Below are positions 1 through 12,589 of a stretch of DNA of 64,000 nucleotides, piece by piece. Source of the DNA: Takakia lepidozioides (taxonomy: Eukaryota > Plantae > Bryophyta); NCBI GenBank assembly GCA_030704615.1, contig CM060733.1, positions 6,882,001 through 6,946,000 of the forward strand, given 5' to 3'. How positions within the stretch are numbered: position 1 is the first letter of the stretch; each line of letters begins with the position of its first letter. The notes beneath the pieces are model-generated. The model was not told where the DNA came from and made no database searches. It saw only the letters and a list, made by a program, of their open reading frames with translations. The position numbers and the translations under genes are program-made.

Positions 1-507
1 CACCACCTCTTGAGAAGGTTCCTGACGGAGATTGGTTGTGTCCACACTGCTTGGGATAGTGGCAGTGGACATGACTGGAGGCAGCTAACAAGACATGGGA
101 GGCCAAGCTCATAGGAGTCAATACATGAGATCCCAAGCTCAAGTTCACAGGTTGCAAGACGGCGACTAACGATGGGGCAACTCTTGCACCCGCCCTCTTG
201 ATCTATCGAGTTTGAGTGTAGTAGGGATAGTGGTGGAGGACTTAGTGAGGCTATGGTCACTATCACATCTTGTGGCTACCTTGACTTAGAGGGACCTAAG
301 CACCAGCTAGGGGGGCGATTGTGTGGACTAGTGACTGCCATAGTGGGCAGCATAGTGGCAGCCTAGTGAGTGACTAGTTGTAGCCTAGTGGTTGGACTAG
401 TGGCTGGACTAGTGGTGGACTAGTGGTATACTAGTGTGTGGTATGCACATGTGTTGTGTGGTTTTGGACAGCGATGTAGTTGTGTAGCGATATGTATGCG
501 CACGACA
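1..507 (+). mobile_element. 3' end of a PHD-finger Ty3/gypsy retrotransposon (end of PHD ORF, PPT, 3' LTR)
   Basis: 1-59 encodes PPLEKVPDGDWLCPHCLG*. 1-319 is colinear with 40260-40574. Purine tract AGGGGGG at 309-315 is followed by a TG...CA LTR at 320-507. Confidence 0.85.
320..507 (+). repeat. Short LTR built of ACTAGT/CCTAGT-containing tandem units
   Basis: Starts TGTG, ends GCGCACGACA; the same 3' end recurs at 40783 and 41332. Confidence 0.8.
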
Positions 508-910
508 CACGGCACCCTGCACAACACAGTCTCTGCTCTTCACGCTCTCCGCTCTTCAAAACTCTCTCTTTTCTAGCGCTATTCGGTCTTACCACTTCCG
601 TAGCGCTTCCGCGTACACAATGGAGTGGTGAAAGGGTGGGCTGAACGACCACACCCCTTATATGGTGCCGTCGCAAAGGATCTGAACCACCGCGTCCTTT
701 CAAAATCGAACAGTCGCGCGTGTTCCATCCAACATCCATGCAAATATCATCCAATTCATCATTTCCATTCTATCCATCCATTTTACAAATGACTAGATGA
801 AATGAAAAAACAGATGAATGAACGAGAAAATATGACGTTAAGGATCCCTTGCACAGGATCATCAATTATAACCCCGTGGGATATTTCCCACACCCCACAC
901 ATGACGATAA

Positions 911-3900
911 ATGAAATGTACAAGTCAGATCCTCTTGCGGCGTTTTTCCGCTGCAGTGGAGGTTCCGGTGATCATGATTTTAGAGACGGGTCAAAAAGTG
1001 TTTCTTACTCTTCCCGGGTCCTCATCTCCAGTAGCCACTGGGGACTGCCTTAATGTCTCCGGGGTTGGGACTTGTCATGGACAACAATTATCTTCCTCAA
1101 CCATTTCAGTGGTTCTCATCTCTTGTGATGAAGCACAATCATTATGTCCTCTTCCTTATGGACATATGGATGCTGACACCTTGCAGGAGGCCATTGGGAC
1201 CCCGGTGATGTGGAATGTTGGCGAAGTTCTTGCGGAGAATAACGAGTATCAAGGAGGGCCTGACATGAATCCTGATTTTATGCCGGAGACAAGAGATACT
1301 GCCGAGAATTCTGATGACGACGAGGATGAATCAAAACACAGACCATCGAAGAGTTCCGGGAATCCGAGCGGAGGACTCGAAAGAAACAACTGGAGAAACT
1401 TGCAGTGCGTACTGTTGGGTGATGATGGGGGTGCACTATTCGAGGGGAGGATTCAAGCCTGCATTCCGGACGAGGTGATCCTCAATGACAAACTGGGAGA
1501 GGACAATGTTGGAGTTCTTGTCACCAGAATACTTTCTGGAGGTTCTGGATCTTTGATGTCTCTTGTAAAATGGCCTTCAACAAAAACACGACTTTTGGAA
1601 AGTGGGAAACTACTCTCAAATGATCTGGAGAATTTTATTAGATCCTCTGACAGTATCTTGTACGAAGATCACGAGGCAGGTGTGAAGAAAGCGGCGTATC
1701 GGCATTTTACGAGAAAGAAGAGGGATCGAGATTTGGAACACTAAAAAAAAAGAATGAAGAATCTTACTCTGGAGGAAGTCCGGTCCGTGAGCAGCAAACC
1801 TTGCTGCAGACTTCACTGCTGTCAATATTTCGATTGGCGAAAAACCTTGGCTATCCGTACTTCTTTATGGGGATCCACTTTCAATGAGAGGAGATAACAC
1901 GGATTGAATGTTTCGAAACGACCTCTCGCAGGGCATACGTTACGATTGAGGGTGTGGATGTATGTGAGACTGCTTGGTGGACAATTCATGGAATTGGCAG
2001 GTCCACATACATGGAGTACAAAAAGTTGAGTAAATAGGGTTGGTTGTCAAGTCTCCATGGGAACCGTGGAGTGAAGAGGCTACGCCCAATGACGCTTCAG
2101 GCAAAGGGTAACATTATGTCCATTGTCAACGGAAATACTGATCTCATGCCCCATAAGACAAGATGCATTGGGGAGGGAAGGAGGGATACTTTGAGAGTCT
2201 TACCACCTGAAATGAACTGGAAGCGAATACGAGACGAGTCCAACGAGGTATGAAATCTCCATTCTTCAATTTTTTTCCTGGAAGATTTTTCTGATTCAAT
2301 GTGGATGATCCTCCTTTCGATTTTGTCTCTTTCGACTATGGTTCTAGCTTCATGAACCTCCACTGTCCAGTGGACGTTCCTTTCCTGACCCTGCCTTATT
2401 GTAACAGACCAACAGATTTTTCGGGTTGGAAGGAGTCTCGCAGTCGGCTGTTAGCCGCATCCGGAGTCGGATATTTCCTAACGTGGAGGTTCGTAAAACT
2501 GGGAGTACATTTGTGAAGTGCACGGAGTGTGAGATGTTCAAGGACCTGATCAGAAAGTCTGTCAAGAGAAGTGCGGAACATGTGACACACAAACGAGCGC
2601 TTGATAAACATTTGAGGCACCAAGAGTCGTGCAGAAGACTGTACCATAGCTGGAGGAATGAGTCTATTATGATTCCGGAGGAGTTTCTCTGTATTATTCA
2701 CAACAAAATAGATCATAGGAAAACAGCTGTTCCAAGGCTACAGACTCCAAATAAGATGATTTTTGGATTGGGTCAACTTCCAGTTTCACTAACGGGAATG
2801 GTCACGCGCGGACACAGTGATGGAGCTTACGATCAGTATTCTCTTGAGTTCTGGAAGGGAAATTTAAACTTTACAATTGGTTCTTTGGCACGTTGCCTAT
2901 GCCAGCTGGAGAAGCCAACCTGTCGCGAGTCCAGGAACATTTTCGATTACCGACTTCAAAACGAGTTCTTCGAATCACTTTTAAGAGGTAAATCGAGATG
3001 TTTGGATGATCTTAAACCCTGCAGGCCGAAAGACAAACGTGGTGCTCGTCCACTTCCGAGAAGACTATACTTGCAAATGGACAACTCTGCGAAGGACAAT
3101 AAGAACAGATGGATGCTTGCTTTTCTATCCCTCTTGACCGCCAAATATGTTTTTGAAGAAATCCAGCTAGGGTTCCTAATGGTCGGACACACCCATGAGG
3201 ACATCGACGGGTTCTTCAGCTACCTTTCGAAGAAGCTGAAGGAACGAAACACCTACATTCTTTCGGATTTGATGAGGTCTTTTATGACCTCGCAAGATCT
3301 GCAGTTCATTCCACAGATTATTCAGGAGGTTCCCGACTTCAAGAATTTTGTTAAGGGCTGTATTCTGGATGGAAAGGAGGTGTTGGTCGGGATTTCGGAG
3401 ATGCACGTCTTCCGTTTTTTTAAGGATGCGGAGGGCTGGCCCGTCATGAAGTACAAGAAGTCCGCTACTGATTCGGATTGGCTTCCAACAAACAATAGCG
3501 TGAAGATGTGGAAGTCCAATCCTGACGGGACTCCGAAGCTCCCTGAAGGAGACCCAGACGCCGTTCCAAGGAGACCTATCTGGGGAGTCGGGGACGACTC
3601 CTCCGAAAAACAGTCATTCATTAAGAATGGAATAAAAAAATACAGGGATTTTTGGACGAAATGAATGATTCTTGACGATCATTACAGAGGTTGAATGGAA
3701 CAATACGACCAGTACTGGGGAAACATTCTCGCTGAGCTGGATAATCCAATTCCAGAAGCTCCCGACTGTATTCAGCTTCTTGATGGATTCTGGCAGAAAA
3801 CAAATTGGTCCAAGAATCATCACAGAGATGGAATCCATCCACATATATTGCCAGATGTGGAAGAAGATGATGAAATCCTAGAACCTTACTGTGGCCTGAG

Positions 3901-4372
3901 GTGTGAGCGACCAAGAATATCCCTGAATCCGTTCAAGGATATTGAGAAAGGGTTTTTTGTGCTCGTTCGCCCTTATGACCCAAGTACGTGCCTGGTCTGG
4001 ATGAGGGTGGCAATATCTGATGTGATCTGCGAAAGGGAGGATCCTAATTTTAAGAAGGTGAAGGTGGAGTGGTGGAGACCGAGAAAAGGTGATAACCCAA
4101 CAGACTTGGAAAGGTACAGGGACTGTTGGTTAAAACTTTGGGAGTATAACTCGTCAGATCCTTCTCAATGGATCCACGTGAACAATTTTGTGTGGACAAT
4201 GCCTCCACAAAAAAATACGACAAGAAATAGCACTAAGATAATTACTGCCGCCGAAGTAGTGAAGGCGCGCGCTAATTTGGAGGAGGCTAATCGTCAGTCA
4301 GAAAACGAGTCGTGCGAGCGAGTTCCAGACCAAGGACATATTGTTGAGGTCAACTCCAGTACTTCGATTTAA
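911..4372 (+). pseudogene. Sola1/DUF7869-like DDD transposase gene, copy 1 (disrupted)
   Basis: ORFs 911-1744, 2044-2253, 2426-3664 and 3695-4372 form one gene broken by stops and frameshifts. Core motif LYLQMDNSAKDNKN...FLMVGHTHEDID. GT-AG intron 2248-2407 restores the frame (ESNE|TNRFFGLEGVSQ). The likely start, by alignment to copy 2, is ATG 974. Confidence 0.8.
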
Positions 4373-5069
4373 GAAATAAATTTTTCTTCTCTATATGGCC
4401 CTTCTTGTTTGTGTTGGGGGATCCTTTTTGTTATCTTCTTATGTCGCACTGAACCTCGAATGTCCAGTGGACGTTCTCGTCCTTTGTTTCTGGTTTGTTG
4501 GATGATGGCCTGCTGTACGTCCTGGTCAACAAAGATGACCCTGTGGGGGAGTTTCGCCTACATAACATATAGATCACAAGAACAAAATGGGCGGGCACGA
4601 CCACTGGAGTCTTTAAATTCTGTCAAAGAGGTTTTTAACAACGGAAGAAAATAGCCCCATTTCCAGTCCTTCTCTGAAACATTGGACTTGCTTTTCACAT
4701 AACCAATTCTCCCACTGAAGTCTCCCACTAGGAGGAGCCTTACTCAATCGTTGTTGACATACAATTCTTCAATTTGCCAGTCCTCAAGTTTTTTCTATGA
4801 GGTTTTCTTCCATTTTCCCTCTAAGCTCTACGACTTTTCTGCATCAAATTTTCATTTCATTTCATTTTCATACTTCTCATCTTTGGCCCTGGTTTAAGAA
4901 GGAATTTCACATGTCATTTTCCATTGTTCAAATTTTAAGCAATTTTTATTTCTCATAGTTTTTATTTGGTGGTCTGACTTTTTATCCTCTCTCATGTTTT
5001 CTTCAGATCCATTTTCTCCCATGAGATCCAGGCGCTTCCAAAAAGTCGTTATATAACGTCATTTTCTTT

Positions 5070-6670
5070 CCAAATCTATTCATACCATAACCATAGCCAT
5101 AGCCATAACCATTATGGTTATTGAAATGTCTTCTCCCTTCACATTTGCGCTAGCTTTTTTCTTTGTTTTGGATTGACATGCATTTAGGCATGTTACAGTT
5201 TGCTTTATATGTTACATCTTAATACTAGGTCCAGGTTCCAACGACGAGTCTTTCATTTAAATACTTGTCCATAATATTAGGTTATTCATGTTTTTTTTGC
5301 TTACTAGTTTCCTACTAACAACACTAAGTTCTAGCGAAGTCTAGAGTTTTCCATAAGACTTAGTGTTTGTCTATTTTGTAACTTAAAGCAAAAACCCTAA
5401 ACCCTTACCCTAAACCCTTACTAGAAAACCCTAAACATTTACCCTTAACCCAATACCCCAGAACCCTTTCCCTTCCCTTTGCAAATGAGAATCAACTATC
5501 CATACCATAATTATAACCATTTTGGTTATCCAAATCTCTTCAATGTAACCAAATTTCCATTTTGTACCATACTAACACACACTAAGTTATAGCGAGTGCG
5601 AGTCTTCCGGCATGTATGCTCACCATTTCTGCCTTCAACCCAAGCCCTAAACCCTCGTCGAAAACCCTAAGGAAAACCCTACGCCATTGTTACGTCTAAA
5701 CCCTTACCCTTCCCCTGCAACTGGGAATGAAGTATCCATACCATAACCATAACTATTTATGGTTATTCAAATCTCTTCGCCCTTCATCTTGCGTAAGGTT
5801 TTGCCTTTGGTTTGGATTGACATGCACTTACCTTTTTTTTATCGAACTTTGCTTTCTATGTATCTTAATACCAGGTTCCAAGGACGAGTCTTTCATTTTA
5901 ATACTTGTCCGATGCAATGACTACACTTCCATAATATTAGGTTATTCATTTTTATTTTGCTTAGTACTACCTTACTAACAACACTAAGTTGTAGCAAGTG
6001 CGAGTCTTCCGGCATGTATGCTCACCATTTCTGCCTTCAACCCAAACCCTAAACCCTCGTCGGGAACCCTAAACAAAACCCTACGCCATTGTTACGTCTA
6101 AACCCTTACCCTTCCCTTGCAAATGGGAATGAAGTATCCATACCATACTCATATGTATCTTAATACCAGGTTCCAAGGACGAATCCTCAATCTAAATACT
6201 TCTCCGGCCCAATGACTCTTCCATGATATTTGTTTCTCTATTTTTTATTTTATTTTATATCCTTCTAACACACACCAAGTTCTAGCGACTGTGAGTTTTC
6301 CATATTTGTTTGTCCAATAGTGTTTTTAAACCCAAACCGAAAACCCTATCTTTACCATCACCCCTAAACCATTAATCTTACCATAAACCAATAACTTTAG
6401 TGTACTACTTTATTATACTACCATGTTACATCTTCTCAATGTTTCATGCTTTTTTAATATTTTCTTTTGTTGGATAAGGTATGATAGAATGATTACAGGG
6501 ATATCAAATTCCTCAACCATTTCTTAATTCTACCGAGTGTGAGTCCATCATATTTGTTTGTCTTTTTGTACCCTAAATCCATACCCTAAACCCTTACCCT
6601 TATTGTAAACCCAAACCTTATTACACTTCTCTCTAATTACACCCCAAACCTTATTGTACTACCCTAGTAC
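5070..6670 (+). repeat. Degenerate 260-400 bp tandem repeats containing telomere-like CCCTAAA/AAACCCT motifs
   Basis: Unit head CTAACA(C)ACACTAAGTT.TAGC recurs at about 5315, 5572, 5975 and 6265. AAACCCTAAACCC motifs occur at about 5392-5450, 5645-5710, 6044-6110 and 6570-6615. Confidence 0.75.
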
Positions 6671-7299
6671 CTCTTCCGAATGTTTCATGCATTCTAATAT
6701 TTTACTGCCCTTGTCACATCCAAAACGTATCGAGTATGGTACAGTATGAGTTTGGCCCATGTTCGATGCGAACCATTTGTTTATCATGATGACCTGCAAT
6801 GGAATATTATTTTATTCGACTTCCAAGTGGACGTTCAATGAATTGTTCAATAGTGCTACTTCACATTGAGCACTTCAATGTCAAATGGACCTCTTCTATG
6901 ACACATTTTGAAACAAGTATGACATCACCCGAAATTTCACAAGGTTCAATCACACATTACACCATGATATTATTAATATTTCAATTAAATTTATACAAAT
7001 ATATATTAAGTTTAGTCCGGATTTAAGCCAAAAGTCCAGAGTTAATTAAAATAGGGTTATGTGTGTCAGTGCATCGTTAGTGGTAGCTTCTTGAAGCTTA
7101 GAGTTTAGGATTAACTTCAGAGCATGTGAGCTGTGTACCAAGCCTTTGGTGCTAGAGAGTGTATGTGAATTGTCTTATGTAATACAGTAGTGTTGGCCTC
7201 CAAGCACTCTGTACTTGGAGCTTTTGTGTATGACTGAGTGCTTTGTTTAATCTATGCATCGCTGGTAGAGTACAACCCTTTTGCATTTCAATGTACTAA

Positions 7300-7815
7300 C
7301 AATGAAGAGCCACAATTCTTGACATAAACATTGGAGAGTGATGCCTCACAGTGGAAGAAAGTGGAAGAAAGCTCTTGATTCAGAGTACAAATCTGTTACT
7401 TGGGTTCTCGTTCCTCTGCCACTTGAAGGAGAACAGTTGGAAGCAAGTGGACCTTCAAGATAAAGTATAAGGCAGATGGGATTGTGGAGCGATACAAAGC
7501 CCCACTTATTGCCAAGGGCTATTCTTAAATGACAGTGAAGCAAATCTTACGGTATCTCAAAGATATTATTGATCATGGGTTATGCTTCAATAGGAGTCTT
7601 TCAGGCAAGGATGGTTTGTACTTGGTGGGATAATCTGATGTAGATTGGGGTGAAGATTTCGACAAGAGACATTCTACTAGACTGTATGTTTTTATGCTGT
7701 CAATTAATGCTTTTATTTGCTAGAGGAGTAAAAGCGGCCAACAATTGCTTTATCCACAACAAAGGCCGAGTACATGGTTGCAACTCATGCTGCGAAGGAG
7801 ACTATTTGGCTTTGC
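7300..7815 (+). mobile_element. Ty1/copia RT-RNase H relic with internal deletion
   Basis: Piecewise translation gives WKKALDSEYKS, KWTFKIKYKADGIVERYKA, ILRYLK, SDVDWG and ALSTTKAEYMVATHAAKETIWL, with many stops and frameshifts. Confidence 0.8.
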
Positions 7816-8212
7816 AAATTCCTTCTGGATATTCGTGACACAAAGAGAGAGAGAGGAGTGTATTTGAAGTCTTCAAAACCCGGTACAAAGAAATAATCAA
7901 AGATCACCTCTTTTTGGTAGAATGATAGATGTGATCATGATTGTCGGATGTAAAGATTATATCCAGATAACTTCATCATTCAAATTGATATTGATACAAA
8001 TGATGAAGTTTATGTGGATATAATCTTTTCATCCCACAATCTGTACACGTTAGGACAGGAGCCGCAGCTGAGAATACGGTCGGTGCAGCCTAACTACATC
8101 CACATTTGTACCTTGCTGGACACTTGAAAGGGGCGCACCGTCCAACATACACGTAGAGTCGCCATACACCTTCTTTTGGTTCCACATGTGAAGTATGTTG
8201 CGCTGAAGGTGT

Positions 8213-11200
8213 CTAATGGCTTGATCTAATTATCCTCAACATGTCCACAACCACTCGCATGTCAGGCCTGCCAGAAGGCAAGTCCCTGGTGCAGAGGACA
8301 GCCACTTTGAGGAGACGGAGCATCTCGGTCTTCTGGACGTCTGTGGCCTCTCGGACTAGCTCACGATCCAGAATCACTTCACTAAGATTTCCAGGGAATT
8401 TTTCGACATAGGTCCCAACCCAGGGTACAATGTGCATGGAGTCGCCAAAGCTCGCATCAACAGGTTTCCTCCCTGTCAGAAGCTCCAGTAACACTACTCC
8501 GAAGCTGTAAATGTCGACTTTCTGGGTTACCCGAGTTCCGAATCCATACTCTGCAGATAGATCACAAAGGAAAACGTAGTGATTGAGTCAATACGCCCCA
8601 CTTACAGGTGACTTACAATAATTACGGTGGCAATTTTTCACTCTCCCACTACGCCTTCATTCTGCTTTAATGTACTTAAAGTTTTCTAAAAAAAATTGTA
8701 GCTGTTTCTAACCAAGGAACACTATACATAGTACGTCACTGACTTCTTTTGTGCAAGTATCCAGGATGTCCCCTGGAGAAGGTCGAACAAGACCATATCT
8801 TTCTGGTTGGCACAAGTAATTGAGTCTCAAGTAAGCCCCTAAAGATCAAGTCTCAACGCAATAAGAATTGGGCCTGCAGATGAGACAACAACTGTGTTCA
8901 CAAGTCTGCAGTGAACCCGCGGATGAACCTCCCTGCTGACTAGCTTACTTGACAAACTTGCCAGTGCAGGCCAGCGCAGTTCTTCAAAGGCCCCGAACAT
9001 TCATGAACCACTAATGTATAGCTAGTGCTAAGGAAAACGTACCAGGGGCAATGTAGCCATATGTGCCAGCAACAACTGATGTCGAGGTTGTAAGATCGTC
9101 GTTCGGGTTGAGGGCCATCACCTTCGCAATCCCAAAGTCCGCAATATGGGGCTCCAGATCTGAGTCGAGAAGAATGTTACTGGACTTAATGTCTCGATGA
9201 ACGATTGGGGGAACATAGTCATGATGTAGATACGCTAAACCGTGTGCTATACCCTCAGCTATTCCGAATCTCGCATTCCAATCTAGAATGGGTCGGGGCT
9301 TCTTACCATGCAATATCTCACTCAAGTTTCCATTTGGAATGTAAGTGTACAGCAGCAACCCAGTTTCTTCCCATTTGCAAAATCCCAGAAGTTTCACTAA
9401 ATTGCGATGCTTAGCTTTCCCAATGGTCTCTATTTCCCTTAGAAAACTTGTGTGTATTTGCTGGTTCTTGTCTAATGGCCCTATTCTCTTCACAACAATC
9501 ATGCTCCCTGATGCCAAGGTACCCTTGTAGACTGTGCCATGAGCACCCTTCCCAATGATGAATTCGTCACTTAAATTTTCCGTGGCTTCCATGATTTCAC
9601 TGAATGTTAATCCAAGATCATTTGACGCTGTAGTAACTTGGCAGCTGTTGATTTCTCTGACGGAGTCTTGATCTCTCCTCCGACCAAAAATGTACCAGGC
9701 CACAAGGCCACATCCAAGCACGAAGATGACACCCGAGCTTAAAACTATCGCAACCACAACCCCAGTGCCAAGCTCCGTTTTTCTTCTCCGAGACTTGCTT
9801 CCAGATGGGGACACTGGCGCTAGGCACGTCTCATCATTTTGTGAATATGTCAGGCACAACCCCGGGTTGTCAATGAACGAGCTTGGAGATGAACTTAGAA
9901 AGTTCTGTACCCATGATGTTGGGAGAGACCCCGTAAGATGGTTGTACGAGACATTCACTTGAGTTAACGCTAGCATGTCGCCCAATTGAGACGGGATTTG
10001 ACCCGATAGATTATTCTGTGAAAGATCGAGTATTTCCAGCAAGTTCAAGCTTCCCAGAACGGAGGGAATCTCACCCGAAAACTCATTCCGGCTCAGGTTC
10101 AGCTGGACAAGGTCTGGCATTAGTCCAATCACTGCGGGAATGGGTCCTTGGAATCTGTTGCTTCCCAGATTTAGACTCGATAGCTTCTGAAAAGTCCCTC
10201 CCGGGGCCACGCCTGCCAGCTGGTTTCCTTGCAAGATCAGATACTGTAACTCTGACAAGTTTCCAAGCTCCAACGGGACGGTGCCGTTGAGCATATTATT
10301 GCTCAAGTCCAGACCGTAGAGTTTCTTGCACTTTTCAAGGGTAGAAGGAATGGCACCGGCGAAAACATTTGACGACAAATTCAAACTCTGAAGATTTGGA
10401 AGCATCCCAAATTCCAGGGCTGCGATATCTCCATAGAAATCGTTGGACCCAAGTGCCAGGAAGCTAAGATTGCTTCCTGCTCCTAGCCCAGGAGGTATAG
10501 GACCTTGCAGTCTGTTGGATGTCAAGTCCAAATAGTTCAAGTTTCTGCTGTTCTTCCCAAATTCACTTGGGATCATGCCTGTGAAACGATTGTAACCAGC
10601 GCGAAATCTTTGCAGAGATGTGCAGTTTGCGAGCTCCTCTGGGATGCTCCCTTCCATCATATTCCATTGCACATCTAGTAAAGTTAATTGTTTTCCGAAA
10701 CATATCCCCGATGGAAGAGATCCAGAGAGTGAGTTATTCCAGAGATCTAATGATATGAAGGAAGTATTTCTACCTAGGTCGGACGGAATCGTGCCCGTAA
10801 GATGATTATCAAACGCATATATGTACTGCAGTCTTTCCAACGTTGCAATCACGGGGGGCAGCGAGCCTGAGAGATTGTTCGAGCTTATGGTAAGCGTTTG
10901 GAGGCTGGTACAGTTGCCGATCGTGGCTGGAATGATGCCTGTCAGAGCATTGAACGACAGTGTAATATTCACCACATTCGTCAGTTTCCCAACCTCGTTA
11001 GGGATGTCACCCGTGAGTAAATTGTAGTCGAGATACAACCCTGTGAACTTCGTGCAGTTGAATATCTGTGGGGGGATGCTTCCTGTCAACGTACAGTTCT
11101 GGGCGTCGAAGTACTGCAGCTGACTCAGATTTCCAAGCGACGGTGGAATGGTTCCATTCAAGTTGACATTCCACCACAACTGCACGTCAGTCAAGTTAGA

Positions 11201-12589
11201 ACAGCTCCCCAGCTCCGATGGGATGGGCCCAGTAAGCTGATTTTGGTATAGTTGAAGAATCAATAAGTTTGACAGGCGACCCAATTCCCGAGGTATGCTG
11301 CCTGTGAGGCTGTTGTTTCCCAAATAGAGATATTGAAGAGCTGAGCAGTTTCCCAGGCCAGGTGGAATGATCCCTGAGAAGAAGTTGTCTTGGAGAGCAA
11401 GATCATACAATTGCGCCAGAGAACCAATCTCTTTTGGTATGTTACCAGAAAGCGAATTGCTGTACAAGAGAATCTCATAGAGATTTGGGGCGTTCATCAA
11501 TGTCGGAGGTATGAAACCCGTGAAAAAATTGACGTGCATCCAGATGACAGAAATGTTTTGGAGTCTCCCCAAGGCTTCCAAACCTGCAGATGAAAGGTTC
11601 AAAGAAAGATTCAGTGCCGTATACATGTACATATTGTATACACGAATACCCAGGTGCCCACCTCGTAGAACTTGAAAAAATCTTCCTTTCCAGCAATCTT
11701 GATAGTTAGAACGTACTCATTGACCATACGGTGGGGAAGTTGGCTAGACTTTCCGAGTACAAGCTGTACAGGTTTTAAAAAGTACTAGGATCACATGCCC
11801 GAAAACCATTGCAGGTAGACAGAAAGAGGTGAAATTTCGTTTATCAATTCAGTTGGATGCTATGTGCTATCTGATTTGGAAGGCCTAGGGTGCATGATAT
11901 GTACCTGAAGTGATATTTCCTGAGAGTCTATTGTCGTAGAGGTAGATCTCCTGAAGACTTACGATACTGAAGATCTCTGAAGGAACAGTGCCACCAAGGA
12001 GGTTGCTTGGTAGGCTTAGCACCTGGAGTTGCTGACAATTACCCAGCTCATTTGGAATAGTGTCGGAGAGACTGTTCCAATCCAAGTACAAGAATTGGAG
12101 CTCACTGCAATCCCCTAACTCCTTTGGGATGAGTCCAGACAATCTATTGTACGCCAAATCGAGAGTGTTCAGTTGACTGCAGTTACCTAACTCCCTTGGA
12201 ATGCCTCCAAAAAGCTGGAGACCACTCAAAACAAGCTCCTGCAAGCTTTGAAGCCTACCAAGGCTAGGAGAGATGGTGCCTGAAATTTCTTGCCCCGTCA
12301 AGTTCAGTTTCCACACTGTGTAACCATCCTGCAGGCATGAGACACCTGTCCAATTGCACGGTGATTGATCTGAGGCACGCCAGTTGTTGAGTGCAGGAGA
12401 TGACTTGTTGAGGCCATTCTTGAACTCCAGTAGTGCCTCCCCATCCTTGGACACCCCTTGCGCTCTGCCGGCTGCCAAAATCACTAACATTGCTGCAAAC
12501 AAATGAGCGGCAGCCAGAAAAGAAGTGACACCCGCGACCGATCCTCCCAGATAGGATTGCATGATCAGAGATGGTCTTGTGAGAGTCAT
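8213..12589 (-). CDS. LRR receptor-like kinase, subfamily XI (PEPR-like); 3 exons 12589-11905, 11583-9043, 8550-8213; about 1187 aa
   Basis: Signal peptide, LRRNT (W..SDQSPCNWTGVSC), many LxxLxLxxNxLxGxIP repeats, TM segment VVVAIVLSSGVIFVLGCGLVAWYIF, and an RD kinase (IGKGAHGTVYK, HRDIKSSNILLD, DFG, GTYGYIAP|EYG). Both GT-AG introns keep the frame; the exons total 3564 nt. Confidence 0.95.

Larger units (their letters stand above)
508..7060 (+). mobile_element. Large Sola-like DNA transposon body, copy 1 (termini not resolved)
   Basis: Transposase pseudogene followed by an AT-rich tandem-repeat tail, organised like copy 2. No TIR or TSD identified; the right boundary is approximate. Confidence 0.55.

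Noticed and set aside
320-440. Regularly spaced ACTAGT units as a CRISPR or iteron array
   Set aside because: They lie inside a TG...CA LTR that follows a PPT and recur in the other two LTRs.
2426-3664. Intact active transposase
   Set aside because: Upstream and downstream parts of the same gene contain stops and frameshifts (about 1742, 1896, 2035 and 3662).
9205-11696. Many short ORFs overlapping the LRR kinase
   Set aside because: Antisense or alternate-frame shadows of the real coding sequence.
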